From Clostridiales bacterium (GTDB lineage: Bacteria > Bacillota > Clostridia > Oscillospirales > CAG-272), in contig JAEEKG010000075.1 in NCBI GenBank assembly GCA_016282315.1, positions 5,354 to 69,353 on the forward strand: a stretch of DNA of 64,000 nt, given 5' to 3'. Under the pieces are notes generated by a model, which saw nothing but the letters and a program-made list of their open reading frames with translations, searched no databases and was not told where the DNA came from. A program made the position numbers and the translations under genes. Positions 47,075 through 57,245 of the stretch are shown one piece after another (the first letter of the stretch is position 1; each line of letters starts with the position of its first letter).

Positions 47075-47901
47075 ACGATGTAGAAAGGCAAATAAGTGTT
47101 AATGACAATCATGACGGCAATCAAAGATGCCACAAGTACAAGCCATAAAAAGTCATAATACTTGAATTTCAACTTTGTCATTTTTGTTCTGCCTTCTCCT
47201 CCTCTGTAGCATCTGCACTCCATTGCAATTGCAAGTTCATCAGCTCTTCTGAATGATGAAACAAACAGCGGAATTAGAATCGGGATAATTGCCTTGATTC
47301 TCCTGATTATGTTTCCTGTTGAAAAATCTGATCCCCTTGCCTTTTGAGCCGCCATTATCTTGTCTGTCTCTTCAACGATTGTAGGAATGAATCGCATAGC
47401 AATTGTCATCATCATTGAAAATTCATGTACTGGCAAATGCAGTTTTCCAAGTGGAGCCAACATTTGTTCAAGTCCGTCTGTTAGAGCAATCGGAGATGTT
47501 GTATATGTCAGAATTACACTTGTTCCTATGATAATGCAGGCAATTCTTGTCAGCATATATACTGCTGAAATGATACCTTCAAGGTAGATGTTTATTATCC
47601 AGAAAGAAACCAATAATGTGGAAGAGTCTTTGGGCTGGTACCAGAAGATATTTATGATTCCCGTTATAACCACAATAAAAATCAATGGTTTCAGGCTCTT
47701 CAGAATTGTCTTAATCGGTATCCTGGAAACAATCACAAGCAGAATTGCAGTCAACAGCATAAAGCCGTATGCAACAGCAGATCTTGCAAAGAAGACTGAA
47801 ACTATATACACAATTGCCGTTATAAGTTTCATCCTTGGATCAATTTTGTGAATGGGAGAATCTATCGGGAAATACTGTCCGAGAGTGATGTCTTTAAGCA
47901 T
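47071..47901 (-). CDS. ecfT: ECF transporter transmembrane (T) component
   Basis: MLKDITLGQYFPIDSPIHKIDPRMK N-terminus and the AAQKARGSDF motif. The start is ambiguous (ATG at 47901, 47907 or 47919). Confidence 0.85.
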   Translation of the reverse strand: MLKDITLGQYFPIDSPIHKIDPRMKLITAIVYIVSVFFARSAVAYGFMLLTAILLVIVSRIPIKTILKSLKPLIFIVVITGIINIFWYQPKDSSTLLVSFWIINIYLEGIISAVYMLTRIACIIIGTSVILTYTTSPIALTDGLEQMLAPLGKLHLPVHEFSMMMTIAMRFIPTIVEETDKIMAAQKARGSDFSTGNIIRRIKAIIPILIPLFVSSFRRADELAIAMECRCYRGGEGRTKMTKLKFKYYDFLWLVLVASLIAVMIVINTYLPFYIV

Positions 47902-48760
47902 GATCATCACCGCCTTCAAACAGTTTCATTATCTGAGAAACTGCATCAGTCGATGTATAAGCACCTGTGTCGACATCATATCCCATTTCTTTAAGTTCCA
48001 TAAGTATCTGAGTAGCTTGCGGAACCATAAGCCCTACACTTGTAAGCTCACTTGAATGAGAAAATACTTCTTCTACTGAGCCTGATAAGAAGACCCTGGA
48101 GTCTGACATCACAACTATGTTGTCGCAAAACTCTGCCATGTCTTCCATGCTGTGGCTTATTATTATCAAAGTTGACTTTGTGTCGTCTTTGTATTTTCGT
48201 AGTCTCTCAAAGATTTCTCTTTTTCCTGATGGATCAAGACCTGCAGCAGGCTCATCCAACACAAGAATTTCCGGTCGCATTGCCATTATTCCGGCAATTG
48301 CGGCTCTTCTCTTTTGTCCACCTGAAATGTCGAATGGAGACATGTCAAGAACGTCTTCCGGAAGACCAACGAATTTGATTGATTCGATAACTCTTTCGTT
48401 AATTTCTTCTGCACTGAGCCCCATGTTCTTAGGACCGAAAGAAATGTCTTTTCTTATAGTCTCATCAAAGAGTTGATACTCCGGATACTGGAATACCAGG
48501 CCTACCTTGAATCGGACTTCCCGTATTTTCTTGGGCTCGCTCCAAATATTCTTGTCATTTACGTACACTTCACCTGATGACACTTTGAGCAATCCGTTCA
48601 GAAGTTGTGACAATGTACTTTTGCCCGATCCTGTATGACCTATTATTCCGGTAATCTTTCCCTGTTCAAACTGGATATTAACATCGTTTACAGCTGCCTT
48701 TTCAAAAGGAGTATCCTTGCTGTAAACATAAGAAACATTCTTAAATTCAGCTATTGTCAT
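47894..48760 (-). CDS. ecfA2: ECF transporter ATPase subunit A2
   Basis: Walker A GHTGSGKST, signature SGGQKRR and Walker B LVLDEP. Confidence 0.9.
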   Translation of the reverse strand: MTIAEFKNVSYVYSKDTPFEKAAVNDVNIQFEQGKITGIIGHTGSGKSTLSQLLNGLLKVSSGEVYVNDKNIWSEPKKIREVRFKVGLVFQYPEYQLFDETIRKDISFGPKNMGLSAEEINERVIESIKFVGLPEDVLDMSPFDISGGQKRRAAIAGIMAMRPEILVLDEPAAGLDPSGKREIFERLRKYKDDTKSTLIIISHSMEDMAEFCDNIVVMSDSRVFLSGSVEEVFSHSSELTSVGLMVPQATQILMELKEMGYDVDTGAYTSTDAVSQIMKLFEGGDDHA

Positions 48761-49620
48761 TGCGCTCTCCTTTTCTTGAGAGCCTCAGCAATGTTCAACG
48801 CCGCATTATGAGGATCCAAACCATTTGTATCTATTTCTATGCCCTTTTCTGAAAGCATGTTCAATATCTTTTTTGATTGAGGCAATTCAAGTCCTGTTTC
48901 TTCTATCAATTTGTCATTTGAGAAGATTTCTTTGGGAGTTCCGTCTGCAGAAATCCTGCCATTGGATAAAATCAGTATTCTGTCCGCATTGACAGCTTCA
49001 TCCATATGGTGAGTAATGAGAATTATTGTTTTTCCCATTTTCGCAAGCTTTGTTATTGTCTGCATTACTTCTCTTCTTCCGATAGGGTCAAGCATTGCAG
49101 TTGATTCGTCAAATATTATTACTTCAGGAGATAATGCAATTATTCCCGCTATTGCCACTCTTTGCTTCTGGCCTCCGGACAATTGACTTGAGGAGTGTTT
49201 TGAAAATTCTTTCATTCCGACAATGTCCAAGGCTTCATCTACTCTTCTTCGGATTTCGGTTGGTTCAAGTCCCAGATTTTCAGGTCCGAATGCAACATCT
49301 TCTTCAACTATAGTTGCAACCATCTGGTTATCCGGGTTCTGGAAGACCATGCCAATTTTCTTTCTTATCTCGTATTCCTGATCTTCAGTTGTTTTGTCAT
49401 CAAATTGGTTTCCAAACAGTTCGAGCGTGCCTGATGTTGGTTTATTGACCAAGCTGAATACTTTTGCAAGGGTGCTTTTTCCGGAACCATTGCGGCCGAG
49501 GATGCAGACAAACGAGCCCTTTTCTATTTCCAAGCTGATGTCAAAAAGGACTTGTTTTGTTTTGTTGTCGCTGTCATACTGAAAATTTAGATTTTCGGTC
49601 TTAATAACCGTTTCTGCCAT
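48757..49620 (-). CDS. ecfA1: ECF transporter ATPase subunit A1
   Basis: Walker A GRNGSGKST, signature SGGQKQR and Walker B IIFDES. Confidence 0.9.
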   Translation of the reverse strand: MAETVIKTENLNFQYDSDNKTKQVLFDISLEIEKGSFVCILGRNGSGKSTLAKVFSLVNKPTSGTLELFGNQFDDKTTEDQEYEIRKKIGMVFQNPDNQMVATIVEEDVAFGPENLGLEPTEIRRRVDEALDIVGMKEFSKHSSSQLSGGQKQRVAIAGIIALSPEVIIFDESTAMLDPIGRREVMQTITKLAKMGKTIILITHHMDEAVNADRILILSNGRISADGTPKEIFSNDKLIEETGLELPQSKKILNMLSEKGIEIDTNGLDPHNAALNIAEALKKRRAQ

Positions 49621-49635
49621 ACTATGATTCCTTTG

Positions 49636-50487
49636 TTATTTTTTCGTCCATCTGGCTGTTCCGCCACAAGGCAGACATGCACCTGTCTGGGTCACTTTCA
49701 ACCCAAGTTCATCGCACTCTATATTTCCGCCTTTTAATGCTAATTTCATCAAATATCCAATTGAGGATGGTGAAAGACCTGTAGTATACGAATTAACTAT
49801 GAAAAACAATGGATTATCTGACATCAGTTTTGCTGCTGACTCTATGAATTGACCTATATTGTCTTCCAGTTTCCAAACTTCGCCCGATGGTCCTCTTCCG
49901 TATGAAGGAGGATCCATTATGATGCCATCGTATTTGTTACCGCGTCTTATCTCTCTTTCGATAAACTTGTTGCAATCATCGACAATATATCTGATATGAG
50001 CGTCTTCCAGTCCGGATAAAGCGGCATTTTCCTTAGCTTGTGCAACCATTCCCTTTGCTGCGTCAACATGGCATACCGATGCCCCTGCAGCGGCAGCTGC
50101 AATTGTGGCTGCACCAGTATATGCAAACAGATTCAGAACTTTTATTTCTCTGTTTGCTTTTCTGATTTTATCCTGAATAAAATCCCAGTTTGCTGCCTGT
50201 TCCGGAAAAACACCTGTGTGCTTGAATCCCATGGGTTTTACTTTCAAAGTGAAATCAGCATATGAGATGGTCCAGAATTCCGGAACATCTTTTTTTATCC
50301 AGCTTCCGCCTCCGCCTTCTCTGTCATAAACAGCGTCGGCTTTATTCCACAGCGGACTCTTTTTCTGATTCTTCCAGATTACCTGAGGGTCTGGTCTTGA
50401 AAGTATATATTTTCCCCATCTCTCAAGCCTTCTTCCGTCGGAACAATCCAGGAGCTCATAGTCTTTCCAATTGTTTGATGAAATCAT
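49636..50487 (-). CDS. class I SAM-dependent (probably rRNA) methyltransferase, RlmI/RlmK C-terminal-like
   Basis: VLNLFAYTGAATIAAA SAM motif and IIMDPPSYGRGP (the DPP motif of nucleic-acid methyltransferases). Confidence 0.65.
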   Translation of the reverse strand: MISSNNWKDYELLDCSDGRRLERWGKYILSRPDPQVIWKNQKKSPLWNKADAVYDREGGGGSWIKKDVPEFWTISYADFTLKVKPMGFKHTGVFPEQAANWDFIQDKIRKANREIKVLNLFAYTGAATIAAAAAGASVCHVDAAKGMVAQAKENAALSGLEDAHIRYIVDDCNKFIEREIRRGNKYDGIIMDPPSYGRGPSGEVWKLEDNIGQFIESAAKLMSDNPLFFIVNSYTTGLSPSSIGYLMKLALKGGNIECDELGLKVTQTGACLPCGGTARWTKK

Positions 50488-50496
50488 TGTTTCCTC

Positions 50497-51570
50497 TTAA
50501 ATGTTTGTGTCAAATTTGATTTGCGCACTGCTGATTTTGTTATATGGTATGCCAAGGTGCTCATAAGCAATTCTTGTCACACATCTTCCTCTTGGGGTTC
50601 TGTTGATAAATCCGAGTCTCATAAGGTAAGGCTCATAAACATCTTCTATTGTTATGGGTTCTTCATCGATAATGGCTGCCAGAGTGTCAATTCCGACCGG
50701 ACCTCCGTTGAATGTCCCGATTATTGTTTTGAGTATTCTTCTGTCGACATCGTCAAGTCCTATTTCGTCGATGTCAAGCAATTTGAGGGCTTCTTCTGCC
50801 ATCTCATCGGTTATAATACCATTGCCTTTGACCTGAGCATAATCCCTGACTCTTCTCAGAAGTCTGTTTGCAACTCTAGGTGTGCCTCTTGATCTCTTAG
50901 CAAGTTCCGTCAAACCGGATTCAGATATTTCAACATCAAGAATTCCCGCACTGCGCTTGAGAATTCTCTTTATTTCATCATCGTTGTACAGATCGAGTTT
51001 TAACAGTATTCCGAATCTGTCATGAAGAGGTGTAGAAATCTGACCTGCCCTTGTTGTAGCACCTATAAGTGTGAATTTAGACAAATTCATTTTTAATGTA
51101 TTTGCAGCCGGGCCCTTTCCTGTTATGAGGTCAAGGGTATAGTCCTCCATTGCAGGATACATTACTTCTTCACTTATTCTGTTAAGTCTGTGAATCTCAT
51201 CAATGAACAATACATCGTGCTCATCCAGGTTTGTCAGAATAGCAGCTAAATCTGCAGGCTTTTCTATGGAAGGGCCTGATGTGGTTTTCAAGTTAACTCC
51301 CATTTCGTGGGCAATGATTGTAGCCAGAGTTGTCTTACCGAGTCCAGGAGGCCCATAAATCAGAACATGGTCCAGTGACTCACCTCTCTGTTTTGCTGCA
51401 TCTATACTGATTCTGAGAGTCTTCTTTGCCTTTTCCTGTCCGACATAATCTTCCAGAGTCTGTGGGCGAAGGCTCAGTTCAACTGTTGCATCATCATATG
51501 ACAGATGTTCATCAAGCAATCTGTCTTCTTGTTCATCAATCTTTTTGACTTTGCTTTTTTCTATTGCCAT
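50497..51570 (-). CDS. ruvB: Holliday junction branch-migration helicase RuvB
   Basis: [12 protein letters not shown], Walker [10 protein letters not shown] and Walker B LFIDEIHR. Start placed at the ATG at 51570 (MAIEKSK), just after the ruvA stop. Confidence 0.95.
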   Translation of the reverse strand: MAIEKSKVKKIDEQEDRLLDEHLSYDDATVELSLRPQTLEDYVGQEKAKKTLRISIDAAKQRGESLDHVLIYGPPGLGKTTLATIIAHEMGVNLKTTSGPSIEKPADLAAILTNLDEHDVLFIDEIHRLNRISEEVMYPAMEDYTLDLITGKGPAANTLKMNLSKFTLIGATTRAGQISTPLHDRFGILLKLDLYNDDEIKRILKRSAGILDVEISESGLTELAKRSRGTPRVANRLLRRVRDYAQVKGNGIITDEMAEEALKLLDIDEIGLDDVDRRILKTIIGTFNGGPVGIDTLAAIIDEEPITIEDVYEPYLMRLGFINRTPRGRCVTRIAYEHLGIPYNKISSAQIKFDTNI

Positions 51571-51577
51571 ATTTCGC

Positions 51578-52180
51578 TCACTTTCCTGAATTATATCTGC
51601 GCAATGCTTCACGCATTACTTCTTCCACTGTGCTTCCCGTTGTATCTTTAACAATTCTTATTGCATCTGCTTTGCTTATACCGAGAACAATAAGACCATC
51701 TATTACATCTTTCTGAACACTGGATATACTCTGAGTTGATGAAACATCGACAAGTTCACTTCCGTCTTCTGATTCAATCAGAGCTATTCTCTCTTTCAGT
51801 TCAAGAATAATTCTCTCAGCTGTCTTCTTACCTATTCCTTTAGCTCCGGATATCAGTTTGACGTCACCCGTAACTATGGCGCTTGCCAGTCTCTCCGGAG
51901 AAAAAGCACTGAGAACAGATATTGCCGCTTTAGGACCTACACCGGATACATTGAGCAACTGTTTAAACATGTCAAGTTCGGGTTCAGTATAGAATCCGTA
52001 CAACTCCATTGCGTCTTCTCTTACCTGTAAATATGTATACAGAGTCACTTCTTCCCCTATTCTTGTCAAATGAGAGAGCGTGTTGTTGGATACAGTCAGC
52101 ATAAAGCCGACTCCTCCACAATCTATTACTGCTGTCTGAAGTGATGTACTTGCAAGTTTTCCCTTTAGATAATAAAACAT
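51578..52180 (-). CDS. ruvA: Holliday junction DNA-binding protein RuvA
   Basis: [10 protein letters not shown]-terminus and HhH motifs ([22 protein letters not shown]). Confidence 0.95.
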   Translation of the reverse strand: MFYYLKGKLASTSLQTAVIDCGGVGFMLTVSNNTLSHLTRIGEEVTLYTYLQVREDAMELYGFYTEPELDMFKQLLNVSGVGPKAAISVLSAFSPERLASAIVTGDVKLISGAKGIGKKTAERIILELKERIALIESEDGSELVDVSSTQSISSVQKDVIDGLIVLGISKADAIRIVKDTTGSTVEEVMREALRRYNSGK

Positions 52181-52202
52181 GTTTTATCCTTTCTTTCGGA
52201 AC

Positions 52203-52718
52203 TTAAACCAGTTTGGTTTTTCTTCCGTTATAGAAATCTTTTATTCTTGATCCTCTGCAATTGTGATGGCAAATTGCCAAAGCCAATGCATCTGCCGCAT
52301 CATCCGGTTTTGGAATTGAATCCAGCTTCAATATGTTTTTAACCATTGTCTGCACTTGTTTTTTCTGTGCTCTTCCGTATCCGACAATTGTTTGCTTTAC
52401 CTGAAGAGGAGTGTATTCATAAATGTCAACTTTCTTTTGCTTTGCAGCAAGCAGCACTACCCCTCTAGCCTCGGCAACGGCGATAGCTGTTGTCTGGTTT
52501 GTGTTAAAGAACAATTCTTCTATGGATATTTCAGCCGGCTGATATTCGTCGATTATTTCATTTAAGTCGTTGTATATAGTCAGCAATCTGTCTTCAATTT
52601 CCTGTCCGGCAGGAGTCGTAATGGCTCCGCAGTCAATCATCCTTATTTTTCCTTTTTCAGACTCAATCAATCCATATCCGACAATTGCAACCCCTGGGTC
52701 TATTCCAAGTATTACCAT
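52203..52718 (-). CDS. ruvC: crossover junction endodeoxyribonuclease RuvC
   Basis: ILGIDPG N-terminus, the EELFF acidic motif and the C-terminal DAADALALA motif. Confidence 0.95.
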   Translation of the reverse strand: MVILGIDPGVAIVGYGLIESEKGKIRMIDCGAITTPAGQEIEDRLLTIYNDLNEIIDEYQPAEISIEELFFNTNQTTAIAVAEARGVVLLAAKQKKVDIYEYTPLQVKQTIVGYGRAQKKQVQTMVKNILKLDSIPKPDDAADALALAICHHNCRGSRIKDFYNGRKTKLV

Positions 52719-53689
52719 CGATTGCCTCCGTTAATTGTGTATAAACCTACAGTTGCAAACTGTGGATAATTGAGCTTTAAGTAACAAATAATGGCTTTAA
52801 TGTCAGCATTTGTTACATCGATCAAAATGTCAAGTGAGTTATCTCTGGTCGCCTCTGATTGTGGCAAAACATCTGTTCTCAAAAGAGTTCCTTTGTTGTA
52901 GTCAACACACTTGAAAATGTTCTCTATTTCCGAATAATCTTCAAGAGTAATCCTGATTCTGAAAACCATATTGTCTTCTATGTGAGAATATAGCTTTGAA
53001 GAAACAAGAGCAAACTCAGTTGTGTTCTCTCCGTCGGGAGAATCAATCATTGTTGTCATTGCGATGAACAATTGATTGCTCTCTATAAATGAACAATAAG
53101 CACTGAGCCTTCCGTCTATTGTGTTGGAAACAGGAATAATCCCGAAATCCGCTTCGCCTTTAGAAACGGCGTCGCAAACATCCATAAAGTTGTCAGATTC
53201 TTTTGGAGAACAATTGGAAAACTTTGTTGCAAAAAACTCAAATGCTTCGTTTGTTTGTTTCCCTATAGTTGTGGCAATACTCACATCTTTTACCGTGCTC
53301 ACGTTTTTTTCTCCGCTGAGCCAGTAAGTATAATCTTTAAACTCACTTTTTTCTGACTTTTCCGACAGCATTTTGGAAAATACTATTTTGTCGAATTCTG
53401 TGATGCTTTTTCTATAGAACTGGTATTGACCTTCATTTGGAGTACCAAAAGAGTTTTTAGGTACAAAAGAAACATTTTCTTCGTAATAACCGGGTATGCT
53501 TTCATCAAGACAAATTGCATCCATAACATCATCAAATTCTGAATGTTTAACAATCTCTTCAGAAAAAATGACGGACAAATCCTCCAGGTGAGCAATTCTC
53601 ATCTCAAATCCATGAGAAATTGATTCATCTGTTCGTTTCATATTATCCGATATTATTTCGTAAATGTCGTTCTTTCCCAGTTCTTCCAT
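52712..53689 (-). CDS. hypothetical protein with a degenerate prephenate-dehydratase (PDT)/ACT-like C-terminal two-thirds
   Basis: [18 protein letters not shown] resembles the PDT segment G-x-AD-x-GVVPIENSxEGxV. NTTEFALV sits where PDT has NxTRFxVL. The tail has an ACT-like layout. Confidence 0.4.
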   Translation of the reverse strand: MEELGKNDIYEIISDNMKRTDESISHGFEMRIAHLEDLSVIFSEEIVKHSEFDDVMDAICLDESIPGYYEENVSFVPKNSFGTPNEGQYQFYRKSITEFDKIVFSKMLSEKSEKSEFKDYTYWLSGEKNVSTVKDVSIATTIGKQTNEAFEFFATKFSNCSPKESDNFMDVCDAVSKGEADFGIIPVSNTIDGRLSAYCSFIESNQLFIAMTTMIDSPDGENTTEFALVSSKLYSHIEDNMVFRIRITLEDYSEIENIFKCVDYNKGTLLRTDVLPQSEATRDNSLDILIDVTNADIKAIICYLKLNYPQFATVGLYTINGGNRW

Positions 53690-53697
53690 AATTATCG

Positions 53698-54546
53698 TTA
53701 AACTATCTTGAATTTCAGACTTATGTCAAGTGATTTCACACTATGAGTTAGTGCCCCTATGCTTATTAAATCAACACCTGTTTCAGCTATTGCCTTCAGC
53801 TGTTCATTCGTCTTGTCTCCCATGTTTCCTGAAGCTTCTGTTATGGCTTGGCCGTTTATAAGTTCAACTGCCTGCTTTGTTTGTTCAAGGTTCATGTTGT
53901 CGAGCATTATAATATCTGCTTTAGCCTTTAAAGCTTCTTTTACTTGGTCCAGTGTCTCTGTTTCTACTTCTATCTTTATTGTGTGAGGCGCTTTTGCCTT
54001 AGCTGATTCAATAGCCTTTGTTATTCCGCCAGCTGCAGCTATATGGTTGTCCTTAATGAGGATGCCATCGGACAAACCGAATCTGTGGTTTGAACCGCCT
54101 CCTACTCTTACAGCGTACTTTTCAAGTTTTCTCATAAGAGGAGTTGTTTTTCTTGTGTCGGCAATCTTGGCATTCGTTCCTTCAATAGCCTTGACTGCCT
54201 GATTTGTTCTGGTGGCAATTCCGGACAATCTCTGCATAATGTTCAGACCTGTTCTCTCGCCTATCAGGATGGTTTTGGCTTCACCAGATACTTCGGCAAT
54301 AACATCGCCTTTAACTACTGTGTCGCCGTCATTTTTTATCTTTTTGAAATTGACTTTTCCACCCAATAGTTCAAATACGCGACAAGCTATGTCAACGCCG
54401 CAAACTATGCCGTCTTCTTTTGCTATATATCTTCCGCTTGCTTGCGTACCGTCTTTGACAGTGCACTCGGTTGTGATATCTCCGTCACCTATGTCTTCGT
54501 TCAGTGCGGCAAGCAAAAATTCATCTGTCTTTCTGTCTAGTATCAT
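53698..54546 (-). CDS. nadC: nicotinate-nucleotide diphosphorylase (carboxylating)
   Basis: Start moved to the ATG at 54546 (MILDRKTDEFLLAALNEDIGDGDITT), 2 nt after the nadB stop. Typical QPRTase length. Confidence 0.9.
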   Translation of the reverse strand: MILDRKTDEFLLAALNEDIGDGDITTECTVKDGTQASGRYIAKEDGIVCGVDIACRVFELLGGKVNFKKIKNDGDTVVKGDVIAEVSGEAKTILIGERTGLNIMQRLSGIATRTNQAVKAIEGTNAKIADTRKTTPLMRKLEKYAVRVGGGSNHRFGLSDGILIKDNHIAAAGGITKAIESAKAKAPHTIKIEVETETLDQVKEALKAKADIIMLDNMNLEQTKQAVELINGQAITEASGNMGDKTNEQLKAIAETGVDLISIGALTHSVKSLDISLKFKIV

Positions 54547-54548
54547 AA

Positions 54549-56081
54549 TCAGCCCTCTATGTAGTGAGCACCTATGCTCTCTTTTCTGTTGTTTGCTCCG
54601 TCGAGTATCATCTTGGCAGTGCAAACCATGTTGTAATAGTCATAATCCTCTTGCGTTACAAGTTTGAGTTTGTCTGCTTTTGCAGAAATATCATCAATCA
54701 ATTCTTTGCCCTTTGCCAATCCCTGTCTTGTTCTTACAGCATTTGCATAAGTTGAAACTATCTTTCTGACTTCAAGCTGTTTTCTTTCAACATCCGTGCT
54801 TTCAATTGAGGAATTGTCTTTTGACACCTCAATATTTTTGACAGTTGGACGGAAATTATCATTTATGTATTCAGCAGCTCTTCTTCCGAACACAAGACAC
54901 TCGAGCATTGAATTGCTTGCAAGTCTGTTTGCTCCATGTATTCCGGTCCATGCGCATTCACCTGCAGCATACAATCCATCTACATTTGTCTTGCCGTTCA
55001 GGTCTGTCTTTACACCACCCATCTGATAGTGTTGCGATGGCCTGATCGGTATGTACTCTCTCGGAACATCTATTCCCGATTCATGACACTTTTGATAAAT
55101 AGTCGGGAATCTGTGTTTGAAGAACTCTTCGCTCATCGATGAAACATCAAGCCAGACGTTGTCAATATTCTCTTTTTTCATTTCAGCAAGAATAGCTCTT
55201 GTCACTATGTCCCTCGGAGCAAGATCGGCTCTCGGGTGCTTACCCTGCATAAATGCTTCGCCTCTCTGGTTTCTCAAAATACCGCCTTCGCCTCTTACAG
55301 CTTCGGAGATGAGAAATGCTCTTTCTGAATTTTCCATTGAGCCAATTGCCAGAGTGGTCGGATGAAATTGAACAAGTTCCATTCCATATGTTTCTGCTCC
55401 CGCTCTTACAGCTGAGCAAATACCATCACCTATAGCGCCCTTGGGGTTAGTTGTACTGAGATAAATATGGCCTATACCACCTGTGGCAAGAATAATGTTA
55501 CTGCACTCAACAATCTTGTATTCACCATCATTAATCAATGCGCCGGTAACACCGTGCTCATCAGTGAAAAGATCCACCATGTATGTGTTGAATTTGACTT
55601 CAATGTTTTCCTTTGTAAGAGCTATTTCACCCAATCGTTTGGTTGTTTCTCTTCCCGTAGCGTCCCCGCCTGCATGAACAATTCTTCTGTGGCTGTGTCC
55701 GCCTTCCCTTGTTATTTCAAGGTCGCCTTCCGGGTTGTGATCAAATGGAACATTGTCAGCTATAAGTTCCTGAATATTCCTGGGTCCCTCATCAACAAGT
55801 ACTTCAACAGCTTTTCTGTCGCACAGTCCTGCTCCAGCAACAAGAGTATCTTCGATGTGTGAATCAAAGAAATCATCAGGGGCAATTACAGAAGCAATTC
55901 CTCCCTGAGCCAGCCATGAGTTTGAACCATCAACCTGTGTCTTTGTTATAACAATTACTTTGTGATTTTTGTCGATATGAAGTGCTGAGTAAAGTCCTGC
56001 TATTCCTGAACCTATAATCAGTACATCGCATTGAACTCTTTCCAATTTCTCCGTATCTCCGGAATAAAGATACCTTTTCAT
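54549..56081 (-). CDS. nadB: L-aspartate oxidase
   Basis: FAD motif IIGSGIAGL and the HPT, RADLAPRD and HGANRLASNS motifs. Confidence 0.95.
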   Translation of the reverse strand: MKRYLYSGDTEKLERVQCDVLIIGSGIAGLYSALHIDKNHKVIVITKTQVDGSNSWLAQGGIASVIAPDDFFDSHIEDTLVAGAGLCDRKAVEVLVDEGPRNIQELIADNVPFDHNPEGDLEITREGGHSHRRIVHAGGDATGRETTKRLGEIALTKENIEVKFNTYMVDLFTDEHGVTGALINDGEYKIVECSNIILATGGIGHIYLSTTNPKGAIGDGICSAVRAGAETYGMELVQFHPTTLAIGSMENSERAFLISEAVRGEGGILRNQRGEAFMQGKHPRADLAPRDIVTRAILAEMKKENIDNVWLDVSSMSEEFFKHRFPTIYQKCHESGIDVPREYIPIRPSQHYQMGGVKTDLNGKTNVDGLYAAGECAWTGIHGANRLASNSMLECLVFGRRAAEYINDNFRPTVKNIEVSKDNSSIESTDVERKQLEVRKIVSTYANAVRTRQGLAKGKELIDDISAKADKLKLVTQEDYDYYNMVCTAKMILDGANNRKESIGAHYIEG

Positions 56082-56092
56082 TTTTCTTTCTC

Positions 56093-57004
56093 CTAAATTT
56101 TCATCATCCTGTCGAGTGGTGCAAATGCCTTGAGTCTCAACTCTTCTGGCATTGAAATCTCACCTATCTGGTCTCTCAGACAATCTCTGAGATTAATAAG
56201 CGATGTCATCTTCATATTTATGCAGACAAGGCTGGGTGTAAGAAGCCAGAATTTCTTATGAGGATTGTATTCTGTAAGCCTTTCAACAACACCATATTCA
56301 GTCCCTATAATGAACTCGTCAGCTGTTGACAATTCTGCTTCGCGAATAATTCCCGATGTACTTCCTACATAGTCAGCTAGATCCACCACTTCTTTTTCAC
56401 ATTCAGGGTGAACAAAAAGTCTTGCATTGGGATGCAGTTGTTTTGCTTTTAACACATCATCCCTTGTAATGTTTCTGTGGACAGGACAATAACCATAATA
56501 GAAATGAAACATTTTGTTTGGCAGTTTTCCTGCAACATATGCTCCTAAATTCTTATCCGGGACGAATATAATTTCATCTGAATCAAGGCTTTCACAAACT
56601 CTTACAGCATTAGAAGAAGTGCAACAAATGTCACTCTCTGCTTTGGTCTCAGCAGAAGAATTGACATAACAAACCACAGCTGCTTTTGGATGCTGAACTT
56701 TGAGTTCTCTGAGTTTGGACGCTGTTACCATGTCTGCCATCTGACAGCCAGCATCAGGTCTTGGCATTAATACTCTTTTTGTAGGATTTAGTATTTTGGC
56801 ACTCTCGCCCATGAATTTGACACCACAGAATACAATAAGGTCATTCTCAGCCTCTTTTGCCCTTTTCGCCAATTCAAAAGAATCACCTACAAAATCCGCA
56901 CATTTTTGTATTTCCAGTCTTTGGTAATAATGTGCCAGTACGAGAGCCCCCTTCTCCTTTTTGAGTTTTAGTATCTCCTCAATTAAAGATTCATTATCGT
57001 TCAT
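56093..57004 (-). CDS. nadA: quinolinate synthase
   Basis: 303 aa with typical NadA segments (LAHYYQ, VGDS, FCGVKFMGE, HPEC). First gene of nadABC. Confidence 0.9.
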   Translation of the reverse strand: MNDNESLIEEILKLKKEKGALVLAHYYQRLEIQKCADFVGDSFELAKRAKEAENDLIVFCGVKFMGESAKILNPTKRVLMPRPDAGCQMADMVTASKLRELKVQHPKAAVVCYVNSSAETKAESDICCTSSNAVRVCESLDSDEIIFVPDKNLGAYVAGKLPNKMFHFYYGYCPVHRNITRDDVLKAKQLHPNARLFVHPECEKEVVDLADYVGSTSGIIREAELSTADEFIIGTEYGVVERLTEYNPHKKFWLLTPSLVCINMKMTSLINLRDCLRDQIGEISMPEELRLKAFAPLDRMMKI

Positions 57005-57104
57005 AAAATGTACATGCCTCCTGACAATCCTCTTCTGTCAAATAGTGATTAATATATACAGTTTTTTAGCAAATTGCATAATCCGCCATAATACGGCATT
57101 GTAT

Positions 57105-57133
57105 ATTATATCACGCGCGTGTTAACTATACAA
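57105..57133 (-). promoter_or_regulatory. candidate nadA promoter with an embedded 10-bp GC palindrome
   Basis: On the minus strand: TTGTAT, 17 nt, TGa-TATAAT. The spacer contains CACGCGCGTG (57112-57121). Confidence 0.45.
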
Positions 57134-57245
57134 GTTAGCATAATATACAAGTTATGTGGCTTATTCTTTTGGTTTTTCATATGTCGTTTACAAAAACAAC
57201 CAAAAAAAGTATAATTAAACCGATCAAAAACATACGGAGAGTTCA

